Positions 8,484 through 17,118 of a DNA stretch of 31,206 nucleotides are shown here, in pieces. The notes below the pieces were generated by a model. It was not told the DNA's origin, did not search any database, and saw nothing but the letters and a program-made list of their open reading frames with translations. Where the stretch lies: the IMG/VR virus record IMGVR_UViG_3300022602_000055; one strand, given 5' to 3'. This DNA comes from an uncultured virus (IMG/VR IMGVR_UViG_3300022602_000055) (lineage: Duplodnaviria; Heunggongvirae; Uroviricota; Caudoviricetes). Each line of letters begins with the position of its first letter. The first letter of the stretch is position 1. The position numbers and the translations under genes are program-made.

Positions 8484-9557
8484 TTAGTTGGTTTCTGCAA
8501 TAACAACAGCCTGGTCAGTGATAAGACCGAGACCGAAGATTGAGTACCAAGCGATTGCGTGCTCACGACCGAAGTCCAAGATACCGCCATCGCGGAGCTC
8601 GACTGGGAGTGAGATAGCGTGACCGAATGCGTTATCTCCAATGAAGATAGCTGAGTAGCGGTCAGAACCACCGTTACCTGTGTAGGTAGCAGGAGTTGTG
8701 TAACCTCCACCAGGAAGAACTACAGGTGAAGCAACTGCAGTATCAGCGGTGTAGCTTGTACCAGCACCACCAGCAACCTTGAGAACCTGAGTGGTCTCAA
8801 TGAATACTGTGTCGTAGAGGCGACCGATTTCACCGAGCATGAAGTTACCTGGAGCAGCGTACTTTGTAACTTCGATGAACTCTGGGTTGTCGCGAAGTGT
8901 ACGGCTCTGGTGTGGGTGAACGAAAGCAACGTAGGTCTCGCCCAAACGTGGGATGTTCTTGGTAGCAAGGGTTTCGATGACGTCCTTGACAACGTGAGGT
9001 GTCAAGTAAGAGTTACCTGTCATTGAGGCACGTGATGTACCAAAGGTTCCGTATCCGTACCAGTTGTTAACTGCTGAAGATACTGATGAGCGGTCTTCAC
9101 CGTAAAGGGTTGAAGAAGCTGCATAGAGGGTGTCGCGTGAGAGCTGGTCAAGATAGACAGCCATGTTACGACCGAGAAGACGTGAAGCAGATGCCATCAC
9201 ATCGTCAAATGAGGCGTTGAGCAAAAGCTCTGAGATAGCAAGAGCATAACCATGCTCAGTAACAGTAATTGAGAACTGTTGTGCTGTAAGAGCGTTTGTC
9301 TGCATACGAACACCTTCGACGAGCGGTGAAGCAAAGCCGAGGTTGTTGTAACGCATGAAGTTAATCTGAAGACCAGGAGCTACTCCGAGCTCTGTCTTCT
9401 TTACTGCGAACTGCTCAAAGCGAAGGATAGGCATTGCTTGGAACAAGATTTCCTTGGACCAGATTGTCTGAATCGCTTGAGTCAGTTGGGTGTTAGTACC
9501 CGAATAAGCTGTTGGGGCTGCGGCGAGATTGCCAGAACCTGTAATTGCTGATGCCAT
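8484..9557 (-). CDS. Major capsid protein (HK97 fold, N4-gp56/P22-coat-like)
   Basis: 357 aa after scaffold; PGLQINFMRY, LVEGV, YVAFVHPHQ..TLR, GEIGRLYDTVFIET, DFGREHAIAWY; biased codon use; strong RBS. Confidence 0.92.
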   Translation of the reverse strand: MASAITGSGNLAAAPTAYSGTNTQLTQAIQTIWSKEILFQAMPILRFEQFAVKKTELGVAPGLQINFMRYNNLGFASPLVEGVRMQTNALTAQQFSITVTEHGYALAISELLLNASFDDVMASASRLLGRNMAVYLDQLSRDTLYAASSTLYGEDRSSVSSAVNNWYGYGTFGTSRASMTGNSYLTPHVVKDVIETLATKNIPRLGETYVAFVHPHQSRTLRDNPEFIEVTKYAAPGNFMLGEIGRLYDTVFIETTQVLKVAGGAGTSYTADTAVASPVVLPGGGYTTPATYTGNGGSDRYSAIFIGDNAFGHAISLPVELRDGGILDFGREHAIAWYSIFGLGLITDQAVVIAETN

Positions 9558-9600
9558 TTGGCTTTGACTCCTAAATTAGTCGTTGATGGATGAAGGTGGG

Positions 9601-10401
9601 TTAACTGAACATTCCCTGTGAACGACCTTGAGCGGTTTCGCTTAAGAGTCGTGAGCGGTATTTTGCGTATTCCGCCATTGGCATATTTGCAATCTCTTGC
9701 GGTGTCAATGTGCGTTGTTCCGAATTGGTTTCCAAAGGTCCAGCTGGGGGCGTAGTAACCCGTGTCCCCGTCATTTCGCGACGAATCTCTTGACGAGACG
9801 CCTTCGCATTGTTGAGAATAGAGTCTGTGCGAGCCTTCAAATCATTGATGCTTGCTTCAACTTCTTCTCTAGTATTTCCATTAACTAGGTCTACTAGCTC
9901 AGGTGCGATGTAATCGCGTTCCTGCTCAAGACGCTGGTTGCGGTAGTTTTGTAAATCAGACAACTGACGTTCTTTTTCCCAAAGTGAGAGGGCAGTTTCG
10001 CGAGCAAGACGCTCACGTTCCAACTCTTCCTTCCACTCTCGCTCCTTCAACTTAAGAAGGTCTTTAGCAGAAAGCTCTTCTTCAAGAACTTCGCGCTGTT
10101 TCTTATTAAGTTGTTCTAGCTCTTCTTGCTCACGTTTAGCTGCCTTAGCTGCGTCTTTGTCAGCTTCGCGCTTCTTTAGTGATTCAATCTCCGCCTTGAG
10201 CGAGTCAATTTGCGGATAGAGCTTTTCTTTTTCTTGCGAGCGTACTTTTGCTAAATCTTCCTCAGTGTAGAACTTCTGAGCATTAGCAGTTTTTGGAGTA
10301 GTAGTAAAAGCTGAGGCGTCAACGCCCTGGTTACCTACTACTGGGACTGTACCTGTCTCGGCTGCAAAGCCTTCAACAGCAACGTTGTTGATTTCTGACA
10401 T
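9601..10401 (-). CDS. Capsid scaffolding protein
   Basis: Charged coiled coil between portal and MCP; YTEEDL; C-terminal LTPQEIANMPMAEYAKYR. Confidence 0.8.
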   Translation of the reverse strand: MSEINNVAVEGFAAETGTVPVVGNQGVDASAFTTTPKTANAQKFYTEEDLAKVRSQEKEKLYPQIDSLKAEIESLKKREADKDAAKAAKREQEELEQLNKKQREVLEEELSAKDLLKLKEREWKEELERERLARETALSLWEKERQLSDLQNYRNQRLEQERDYIAPELVDLVNGNTREEVEASINDLKARTDSILNNAKASRQEIRREMTGTRVTTPPAGPLETNSEQRTLTPQEIANMPMAEYAKYRSRLLSETAQGRSQGMFS

Positions 10402-10412
10402 GCTTATATATC

Positions 10413-10441
10413 CTTATTCTCGGGGTCGTTTTCCAATGTAT
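10413..10441 (-). promoter_or_regulatory. Conserved 5' leader element, copy 1 (TTGGAAAACGACCCCG)
   Basis: 14/16 identity to 19272..19287; both flanked by ATACA upstream and TAAG downstream. Confidence 0.55.
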
Positions 10442-10476
10442 TTTCACGATTGACCTAACAGTTATTACAGTATTTA

Positions 10477-10512
10477 ATTTTTCTCCTACATTACGAAAAT
10501 GTCAGGCTAAAC
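10477..10512 (-). promoter_or_regulatory. Predicted phage promoter GTTTA-N25-AAAAAT (CTGACA -35, 17-nt spacer)
   Basis: GGTTTAGCCTGACA...AAAAAT upstream of scaffold-capsid genes. Confidence 0.7.
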
Positions 10513-10514
10513 CA

Positions 10515-12233
10515 TTATTTTTCGTAATCTTCTGGTACACGTCTTTGTGGGAGCTGCGTACCATAAGCTTCTGTTACTAGGCGGTTTCTGAGGTCCGCGT
10601 CACCTTGCTGAAGAATCATTTGAGCCTCATCTAGTACTGGAGTTGCTCCTCCAGCAGGGGATGGGGTTATTTGTTGACCCTCGCTAGTAGTTGGGAGAGG
10701 CACTGCGGTTCCATCTGGACCAGCCATCATTCCCGTTAATTGGGCAATTTCATTTTGAATCTCTGTCTGAAGCAGCTTAAGAGCGCCATCAGCCTTAGCG
10801 TCATCCATAAGTTCTTGACGGATTTCAGTAAGCTTTTCAGCAGGGAACATCTCTCCAAGCGTGCGCAAAGCACCTTCCTTAGACTCAAGCCCAAGGGTCA
10901 TCATGGTTTGAACTTCGTTCAAAAGGATGAGCTTGTCTAGAGGAAGTGGTGGTGGGAACTGGCAATAAGAGCGATAAGTAATAGGGTCTGAAGGGTCTAG
11001 CTGGGCTACCTGACCTGGCTTAAGAGGGGTAGTGCTTTCATTAGGGTTCCAGATAAAGGTCTCTGGTTCTTTAACTGCAAGGTTTAAAAGAATTAATTCG
11101 TTTACACGCTCTAGGGCATGTGCGTATTGAACAATCTTTTGGTGGTAACGCGCCATCAATGGTTGGAATTGAATGCTAAGAGCAACACCTGAAGTGTTAG
11201 AGATAGGCTGTGCTTGACCAAGAGCGGTCTCTGGGACACCCACCATCTCGTGCATGGCTTTCTTGAGCATGTCCATAAACTCAAGACCGCTTTTTAGACC
11301 CTGAGCACCGCCTTCAAGGTTTTCCACTTTGGCGTCTTTAGGAAGTCCACCCCAGACTTTATTAGCTCCTTTTTCGAGCTGGGAAGCTTTAGCTCCAATA
11401 ATAACTGTGACGGGAGCAGCGTGGTAATTAACAATATCGGCAATATCAGTAGCAACCTCGTTATAAGTGCGATTGATATTAATAATCTGGTCACAATCAC
11501 TGAGACCCCATGGACTACCGCTAATGCGAATATTAGGAGCATGGATAACAGGTATTGTGCCCAGCGGATTGGGGCGAGAATCGATGAGCTCGTCATTGAT
11601 ATATTCCTCGATGGTGTCGTCTGTCAAGATTTCAGTGTAGGTAAATACCTGACGTGTTCCTTCTAGTGATGTGCCCCAGAAACGATACTTGAGCTTAAAT
11701 CTAATTAAACGTTCACGGTCATGTGGGTGAAACTCTGGAAATGCAAACGACGCGTTCAGGGGAAGAATACGAACACGTCCTGGGTGAACGCGACCAGCAG
11801 AGTCTTCATAGGCTTCTTCATAAGCAACTTTGATAAAGCAGTCACCTGAAACCGTACCTTGCTGACCAATTTCCCAAAGCACAGTTGCCTTGTTGTTATC
11901 TACTTCCCATACACGCTCAAGAAGGTCTGGGACAATAGCTTCGGTCTCTTTAGGGCTACGGAAGTTAACGCCCTTGCCGAATGTAAAGTTAATGATGAAG
12001 TCTGAGAAAGCTCTAAAATAATTTAGAGCAATTTGAGGTTCGCCTGCTTGACGGCGATAAGAATAGTGGTGTCCAAGATACATTGCCCAGTTCAGGGAGT
12101 ATCTATTTAAGCGTGGACCATGTACTTCAAACTCTTCATCCGCTAGCTCTACAAGTCCGAGAGGAGAGATGGAGATAGTTAAATCGCTTGACGCCGCCCT
12201 GTAACTAGGGGGTGAAAAGTCAATTGAACTCAC
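10515..12233 (-). CDS. Portal protein (SPP1 gp6-like)
   Basis: 572 aa between terL and scaffold; FTFGKGV, GDCFIKV, NPLGTIPVIH, GLSD, SGVAL motifs. Confidence 0.9.
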   Translation of the reverse strand: MSSIDFSPPSYRAASSDLTISISPLGLVELADEEFEVHGPRLNRYSLNWAMYLGHHYSYRRQAGEPQIALNYFRAFSDFIINFTFGKGVNFRSPKETEAIVPDLLERVWEVDNNKATVLWEIGQQGTVSGDCFIKVAYEEAYEDSAGRVHPGRVRILPLNASFAFPEFHPHDRERLIRFKLKYRFWGTSLEGTRQVFTYTEILTDDTIEEYINDELIDSRPNPLGTIPVIHAPNIRISGSPWGLSDCDQIININRTYNEVATDIADIVNYHAAPVTVIIGAKASQLEKGANKVWGGLPKDAKVENLEGGAQGLKSGLEFMDMLKKAMHEMVGVPETALGQAQPISNTSGVALSIQFQPLMARYHQKIVQYAHALERVNELILLNLAVKEPETFIWNPNESTTPLKPGQVAQLDPSDPITYRSYCQFPPPLPLDKLILLNEVQTMMTLGLESKEGALRTLGEMFPAEKLTEIRQELMDDAKADGALKLLQTEIQNEIAQLTGMMAGPDGTAVPLPTTSEGQQITPSPAGGATPVLDEAQMILQQGDADLRNRLVTEAYGTQLPQRRVPEDYEK

Positions 12234-12292
12234 AACACATCCTTATCTATCCAGGCTAACAATACTAATAAGTCGATAAATCTACAGACGAC

Positions 12293-12601
12293 TCACGGTA
12301 ATTGATTTATGTTCTTTTTGACCTTTTTCCTAACAGGTCTAAGAACACGTTTCTTCTCTTCTTCTTCTTTTTTCTCAATAGCTTCATGTGCGTAATCGCG
12401 AAGACGTGGGTCCACTTCTCGCTTAGAAGCTACGAACTTTCCACCCATTTGTTGATACTTAGCGTGAATCCAGTGACCGCGTGCGGGGGAGTTTTTTGAA
12501 AACTTTGCGCTTGCTTGCGCAGCAATGGTGTTAAATAAACGTGGGTTGGAGGGCACTCCGATAGGACCTTCGGATACTTCTTTACCTCTGATAAGTGCCA
12601 T
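12293..12601 (-). CDS. Basic hypothetical protein
   Basis: AAGGA RBS; NPRLFNTI..QASAKF...KYQQMGGKF helical motif; Lys-rich tail. Confidence 0.65.
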   Translation of the reverse strand: MALIRGKEVSEGPIGVPSNPRLFNTIAAQASAKFSKNSPARGHWIHAKYQQMGGKFVASKREVDPRLRDYAHEAIEKKEEEEKKRVLRPVRKKVKKNINQLP

Positions 12602-12665
12602 TAATAATCCTTAGATAGGTCCCAGCCCCCAACCTTTAGGGTCAGGGGTTGGTCGTCTCTTTTAG

Positions 12666-13064
12666 TTAGTCGTTAACGACTGCTGGGTTAAGGCGCTTTT
12701 GATTTGAGCCGCTACGAGCTACCTCTTCAAAAGCCATCTCTGCTGACTTTCCGAAAGCTCCTTGTGAGAACTCACTCAAGGTGTTCTGTGCTTCTACCCA
12801 TGCTGCAGAACCAACGTGAGCGCGTTCGCGCATTGTCTCTTCAGCTGTCTTTGTGTGAACTGGGTTGTTGCAGTTTGGGCGACCCGCTGCTGCGATAAAG
12901 CCTTGTGAAGCTCCCTTTGAAAACTCTGCTGGAACATCTGTATCAGTTGCAATACCCTCTTCAAAACGAAGTGGTCCGCGCTGTCCTGGTGTTGCTGGGG
13001 ACATCTTGCGGTCATACATGTTTCCTGGAACTTCAGGGAATTTTGGTGTTGGTGCAATTGCCAT
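12666..13064 (-). CDS. Hypothetical protein in packaging module
   Basis: AGGAG RBS; own GTTTA promoter; RFEEGIATDTDVP and RERAHVGSAAWVEA motifs. Confidence 0.75.
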   Translation of the reverse strand: MAIAPTPKFPEVPGNMYDRKMSPATPGQRGPLRFEEGIATDTDVPAEFSKGASQGFIAAAGRPNCNNPVHTKTAEETMRERAHVGSAAWVEAQNTLSEFSQGAFGKSAEMAFEEVARSGSNQKRLNPAVVND

Positions 13065-13103
13065 TAGTTTAACTCCTAAATTAGGTTGAGGACCTCAGTT
13101 AAA

Positions 13104-13139
13104 AGTGTGCTACTTAATGGTAAGTAATACAGGCTAAAC
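13104..13139 (-). promoter_or_regulatory. Predicted phage promoter GTTTA-N25-CACACT
   Basis: GGTTTAGCC box at fixed spacing. Confidence 0.7.
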
Positions 13140-13144
13140 CTAGA

Positions 13145-14734
13145 TTATCTTTGGAAAAAGACATTTTGCGACATTTCTACCTGAGGCATGGTCAGGTCAA
13201 GCGTCAGGCTACAAGCAATAGCCAATGAGTCCGCATAGTCATCGTGAGCATGAGCCTCATCTGGGGCAGCAGCCAAAAAGTTAGGACCAGTGAACTTTGT
13301 TTCCAAATCAGTCATCTGTTGAACAAACCTCTTGTAGGTGCGAAGTCTGCGGGTTTTAGCGTGGGCAGGAAACCCAATTAAACGGCGGTCAATAAGAGCT
13401 TTAAGATGTTTCCAACGCTTAGACTGCTCAGGCTGACTACTACCGATAGCGTGAACCTCTGTTCTAGGTAGCAAGATTTTAAGGCGTTGAGCAACTGCGT
13501 CACCTACGCCGTTAGCGTCAACTCCAACAGCAAGAACATCGTAGTTACTCAAAAAGTTAACAATTTGAAAGTACTGGTCTTCCCAATCATCTCCCTGTAT
13601 CTCAAGCCAGTTAAGGATACGATGGTCGAAGTATCCAAATTCATCTGGTCTATCCCAATCAACCCAAACAACTGTGACTACCGTAGAGTCCATCTTTCTA
13701 GCAGGGTCAATGCCTACAACAACAGGAGTTCTTTGCCAAGCGCGAACAGTCTCTGCAGACTTATCTCCCAGCTCTTCCATAATGTTGCTGGTAACGAACA
13801 TTCCTCGTTCCAGTAACCATTTGTTACAGTAAGACATCTGAAACTCGTCTGAGTCTTCACCGATACGTAACTTTTCTTTTTTAATGAACTTGGCGTAATT
13901 AGGGTTGTACTTAGAAACTTCTCGCCAGTCCCACTCAAAGTGATTCTGTCTTTTTGCCCTAGCGGTCTGAACTCTTTTGTTCAGCTGAATGGAGCGGTAA
14001 AAATTATTTTTGTGCGTGGTAGGTGTACCTGTTTTAACCATAGTACCTGAGTAGTACGCAAGCATAGGAGAGATTGACTTGGAGACCACAAAGTCATCTG
14101 CCTCTTGACACTCATCAATAACAATGAGGTGAAAGGATTTAGATTCAATCTTTGCGCGAGGGTTAGCGGTCATCATCATTAAAGATGAGCCAGATTTCTT
14201 TAAACGAATTTGGCGAGTAACCCCTGGAACCTTACCAAGACTGTCATCAATCTCTGGGTCACCAAGAATCTCTAGTGCACGCTCTGAGGTAAGGCGGTTA
14301 ACAGTTCTACCAAATAGAGTTTCTACCTGACCTTCGACTGGGGCGAACATACCAATCCAGACTCCGTTAGAGAATTTGCCGAGTAAATCGGGATACATCT
14401 TAGCTAGGCGGGGGAGAAGAACCATGAGAGTTGCTACTGTATTAGCAATGGTTTCTGACTTACCTGACTGACGGGCTGCTAAAGCTGTTATTTCTTCACC
14501 GTCGTTAATTATTACTGACTCAATGATTCGTCTAGCCAAAGGCATTTGGTAGGGGTGGAGCTCATGCCCAACAAGAGCAGTTTGAAATTCAATGCAACGG
14601 TCTACTAGTTTTTTAACAAATTCTTTAGACAGCTCATCGAGCTCTTCTTCTTCCTCAACGGGGAGATTTTCTTCATCCTCGTCTTCAAGAAACTCATCTT
14701 CTTCAAAAAATTCTAGTTCTGTCATAATACCCAT
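13145..14734 (-). CDS. terL: Terminase large subunit
   Basis: Walker A ARQSGKS, Walker B LIVIDECQ, motif III GTP, nuclease VGIDPA and DDYADS; true start probably ATG at 14725. Confidence 0.95.
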   Translation of the reverse strand: MGIMTELEFFEEDEFLEDEDEENLPVEEEEELDELSKEFVKKLVDRCIEFQTALVGHELHPYQMPLARRIIESVIINDGEEITALAARQSGKSETIANTVATLMVLLPRLAKMYPDLLGKFSNGVWIGMFAPVEGQVETLFGRTVNRLTSERALEILGDPEIDDSLGKVPGVTRQIRLKKSGSSLMMMTANPRAKIESKSFHLIVIDECQEADDFVVSKSISPMLAYYSGTMVKTGTPTTHKNNFYRSIQLNKRVQTARAKRQNHFEWDWREVSKYNPNYAKFIKKEKLRIGEDSDEFQMSYCNKWLLERGMFVTSNIMEELGDKSAETVRAWQRTPVVVGIDPARKMDSTVVTVVWVDWDRPDEFGYFDHRILNWLEIQGDDWEDQYFQIVNFLSNYDVLAVGVDANGVGDAVAQRLKILLPRTEVHAIGSSQPEQSKRWKHLKALIDRRLIGFPAHAKTRRLRTYKRFVQQMTDLETKFTGPNFLAAAPDEAHAHDDYADSLAIACSLTLDLTMPQVEMSQNVFFQR

Positions 14735-14770
14735 AGTCTATGAGATGTCGGTTGCCTGGGTTACATAAAC
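14735..14770 (-). promoter_or_regulatory. Predicted terL promoter GTTTA-N25-TAGACT (near-leaderless)
   Basis: Same spacing as seven other sites; no SD before terL. Confidence 0.65.
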
Positions 14771-14816
14771 CCAGGCTAACCTTGTTACCACGACACGGAG
14801 AGAGGAAACACGCGGT
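14750..14816 (-). ncRNA. Candidate structured small RNA or leader with anti-SD loop
   Basis: TATAGT -10 six nt upstream; stem ACCGCG/CGUGGU with loop UGUUUCCUCUCUCCGUGU; second 13-bp stem GGUU(A)GCCUGGGUU/AACCCAGGCAACC. Confidence 0.5.
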
Positions 14817-14822
14817 AGCTTA

Positions 14823-14844
14823 ACTATACAGGTATTGTCGACAA
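14823..14844 (-). promoter_or_regulatory. Predicted -10 (TATAGT) with perfect palindrome TTGTCGACAA in spacer
   Basis: Seen directly in sequence. Confidence 0.5.
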
Positions 14845-14848
14845 AACG

Positions 14849-15097
14849 CTATTTGCGAATAAGCGTGTCGCGTACTTTGAGAGTGTCTACTACAGCGTGT
14901 AGAGCCTCAGCACCATTAAGGGCTTCTTCTAAGTAATAAGAATCGCGAGTTCTCATAAATGCGCTTAAGCACTTTCCTATCTCATTTACGCAGTTTTCTG
15001 CCCACATCTCCAGCTCTTGGCTAGGGATGCGTTGAATTCTTTTAGACACTTTTTCAGAGAACGGCTTAGTCCAAGGCTCTTTATTTCTTTTCAGCAT
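14849..15097 (-). CDS. Hypothetical helical protein
   Basis: GAGGA RBS; overlaps upstream gene. Confidence 0.65.
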   Translation of the reverse strand: MLKRNKEPWTKPFSEKVSKRIQRIPSQELEMWAENCVNEIGKCLSAFMRTRDSYYLEEALNGAEALHAVVDTLKVRDTLIRK

Positions 15098-15374
15098 TCC
15101 AGTCCTCTATGTCCTCTGTGCTTACAGGAATAGTTCTTGCCTTCATTGCTTGAGTAATTAGGTAAGCAGCATCGTCATCAGATATGTTTTCGTGGCTTTT
15201 GTAGAACCAACCAACATAGTAGCCTGGAATAGTTTTAGGAGCTCTAAAGATTAAACAACGACCTTTTCTAAAACGCTCTTCAGTTTCTTGCGTAGTCCCT
15301 AGTTCTATTACAGGGAAGAAGTTCTTATGGTAATAGTTAAGCTTTCCAGCATATAGTGGTCCAAATGATTTCAT
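15081..15374 (-). CDS. Hypothetical protein
   Basis: ATGA overlap with upstream gene. Confidence 0.65.
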   Translation of the reverse strand: MKSFGPLYAGKLNYYHKNFFPVIELGTTQETEERFRKGRCLIFRAPKTIPGYYVGWFYKSHENISDDDAAYLITQAMKARTIPVSTEDIEDWNAEKK

Positions 15375-15847
15375 TCGTTAAACATCACTCTCGTATTTTC
15401 GTCCATCTCTTCAGGGTCAAAATTAACATCCATGACATATTGAAGCCCGTTGGGACCCCTGCTGTCAAACCCCTCATTCCACAAAAACTTGCCTGTAGAT
15501 TGGGAAGTTTTCAGTCTAGTCCATACATCTGCTGGCACACCTCCCCACGACACCCAAGCACCATCAGGAAAACCCACTACAAGCTTTTGTTGGTCTCGGT
15601 TATAAGCAATCTTTTTAGCTCTAGGTTGTTTATGCTTCGCGGTAGGAGCTGTAGTTGGAGCAGTCTGCTGAGTCCAAGGAGTTGACCTAGCAATCTCCCA
15701 ACGCTCTTTCTTCTTTTCTTCAGGGAAGTAAATGTCATTGTAAGAAGGGACTACGTTGTTAGATGGTGTTTGACCTCGGTCAAAAAATATCTCTTCGGGA
15801 TTAAGCCTCGGTCTCTTCCTCGCCATAATCATCTCCTTCACATACAT
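15371..15847 (-). CDS. KTSC-domain protein
   Basis: IAYNRDQQKLVVGFPDG...GVPADVWTRLKTSQSTGKFL matches the KTSC pattern; start probably at a downstream Met after GAAGGAG. Confidence 0.7.
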   Translation of the reverse strand: MYVKEMIMARKRPRLNPEEIFFDRGQTPSNNVVPSYNDIYFPEEKKKERWEIARSTPWTQQTAPTTAPTAKHKQPRAKKIAYNRDQQKLVVGFPDGAWVSWGGVPADVWTRLKTSQSTGKFLWNEGFDSRGPNGLQYVMDVNFDPEEMDENTRVMFNE

Positions 15848-16139
15848 GGTCTTCGGTCTCTTCTTCGCGAACTCTTACAAAGCAGTTGGCGCAACGCAAC
15901 CATTTTATAGGTTTAAATTTATTTTGAGCGGTAGAGCCTAAAGGGGTGTCACTTCCATCTTCTGGAAACGCTGATTGATAATCCACAACAATCTTTGGTT
16001 CAGAGGCAGGATTACCCTGAGTCATCTCTGGTGGGAAAGGTCCCCTAGGAGCATGAGCATGTTTAGGAACTGGATGGGCTTGAGGAGCGTCAATTCTTTG
16101 GATTCTAGTAGCAAAGATACTCTCATCAAATGCTCCCAT
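15801..16139 (-). CDS. Hypothetical protein with C-terminal Zn finger
   Basis: CANC...HVC; TAATG overlap with upstream gene. Confidence 0.65.
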   Translation of the reverse strand: MGAFDESIFATRIQRIDAPQAHPVPKHAHAPRGPFPPEMTQGNPASEPKIVVDYQSAFPEDGSDTPLGSTAQNKFKPIKWLRCANCFVRVREEETEDHVCEGDDYGEEETEA

Positions 16140-16339
16140 TAGTTTTCGTCCGTCTTTTTCTTTCTAGTAGTCGTCTTCTTTACTGGCTCTTCTACGATAG
16201 GCGCAGGGATGTCGTAGTGACCTGCCATTGCCGTTGCGTGTAGGCGTAAAGGCAAGCATTTAGCGCAGTAGTAGATTGAGTTAGCGCCTTTATTCTCTAC
16301 TAAGTAGATTGCTTGGTTTTCGCAATTAGCACACTTCAC
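16139..16339 (-). CDS. Small Zn-finger protein
   Basis: AAGGAG RBS, GTG start; CANC...CAKC; basic tail. Confidence 0.7.
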   Translation of the reverse strand: MKCANCENQAIYLVENKGANSIYYCAKCLPLRLHATAMAGHYDIPAPIVEEPVKKTTTRKKKTDEN

Positions 16340-16355
16340 GATATCTCCTTATGGA

Positions 16356-16379
16356 AATGGGGGCATCTCTGCCCCCATT
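16356..16379 (-). terminator. Stable hairpin ending the lysis cluster
   Basis: AATGGGGGCA-GAGA-TGCCCCCATT perfect 10-bp stem, GNRA loop, short U tract. Confidence 0.65.
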
Positions 16380-16392
16380 AATTTGATTGATG

Positions 16393-16578
16393 TTACTTGG
16401 TTGTTGAAGCTGCTGAGAAGTGCTCGTAAGTGGACTTCAAAACAGGTCCGAAAACACCTATAAGTGCTGCCCATGCAACTTGCTTAAGGTGGTGGTTTCC
16501 ACCCTGCCAGATTGCAACTCCAGCGACTATGGTTGAAATAATGTAATGCTCAAATAGAGCCTTGGTCTTTGCGTTCAT
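16393..16578 (-). CDS. Small two-TM holin-like protein
   Basis: Two hydrophobic segments; GAGGAG RBS; lysis cluster. Confidence 0.6.
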   Translation of the reverse strand: MNAKTKALFEHYIISTIVAGVAIWQGGNHHLKQVAWAALIGVFGPVLKSTYEHFSAASTTK

Positions 16579-16580
16579 GT

Positions 16581-16808
16581 TTACTCCTCGATGTTGTTTG
16601 CGTATGGCGTTATGATGTGCGAATCAGCCTGCACGTTGGGTGAAGACGAATTCGACGTATGAGATGATACACCAGCTAGAGCCGCTGTGGCAACGGCTAC
16701 AAGGTGTTTCGGGTCAGTAGAATATCCTGTGGCAGCCCAAGTAGCCATTCCAGCGGAACCCGCTATAGCTAAGTGGGCTGGGCTACTGAAGTTAAGCTTT
16801 ATCCCCAC
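16581..16808 (-). CDS. Small membrane protein, holin-like
   Basis: Two Ala/Gly-rich hydrophobic segments; lysis cluster. Confidence 0.5.
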   Translation of the reverse strand: MGIKLNFSSPAHLAIAGSAGMATWAATGYSTDPKHLVAVATAALAGVSSHTSNSSSPNVQADSHIITPYANNIEE

Positions 16809-17118
16809 GGATGTGCTCCAATATCTCTTTTACGTGATGTCGGAGCTCCTCAATGTGATTGTGGGTCTCTTGGTCAAGTTTTAGGTCTTTAGTAATTATA
16901 CGCCTGTCTTCATCCCCTGAGCGGTTAGTCGCGTTCAAGAGAAGTCCTGACAAGAGGATAGATTCTAAAGATACGGTTAATGTGAGCAGATTAAATGGGT
17001 ACGGGTCAAAAGCCGCGAAGGTCATCCAAAAAGACCAAAAGACTAGATGGATAATTAAGAACCAAGGTGAGCCAAAAGCGGAGGAGCACCAGTCAGATAT
17101 TTTCTGAAAGTGTCTCAT
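16792..17118 (-). CDS. DUF1003-like membrane protein
   Basis: FGSPWFL...FDPYPFNLLTLTVSLE...NR...DR signature. Confidence 0.8.
   Translation of the reverse strand: MRHFQKISDWCSSAFGSPWFLIIHLVFWSFWMTFAAFDPYPFNLLTLTVSLESILLSGLLLNATNRSGDEDRRIITKDLKLDQETHNHIEELRHHVKEILEHIRGDKA

Noticed and set aside
12620..12655. Hairpin between the 132-aa and 102-aa genes as a terminator
   Set aside because: Imperfect stem with no U tract on the coding strand
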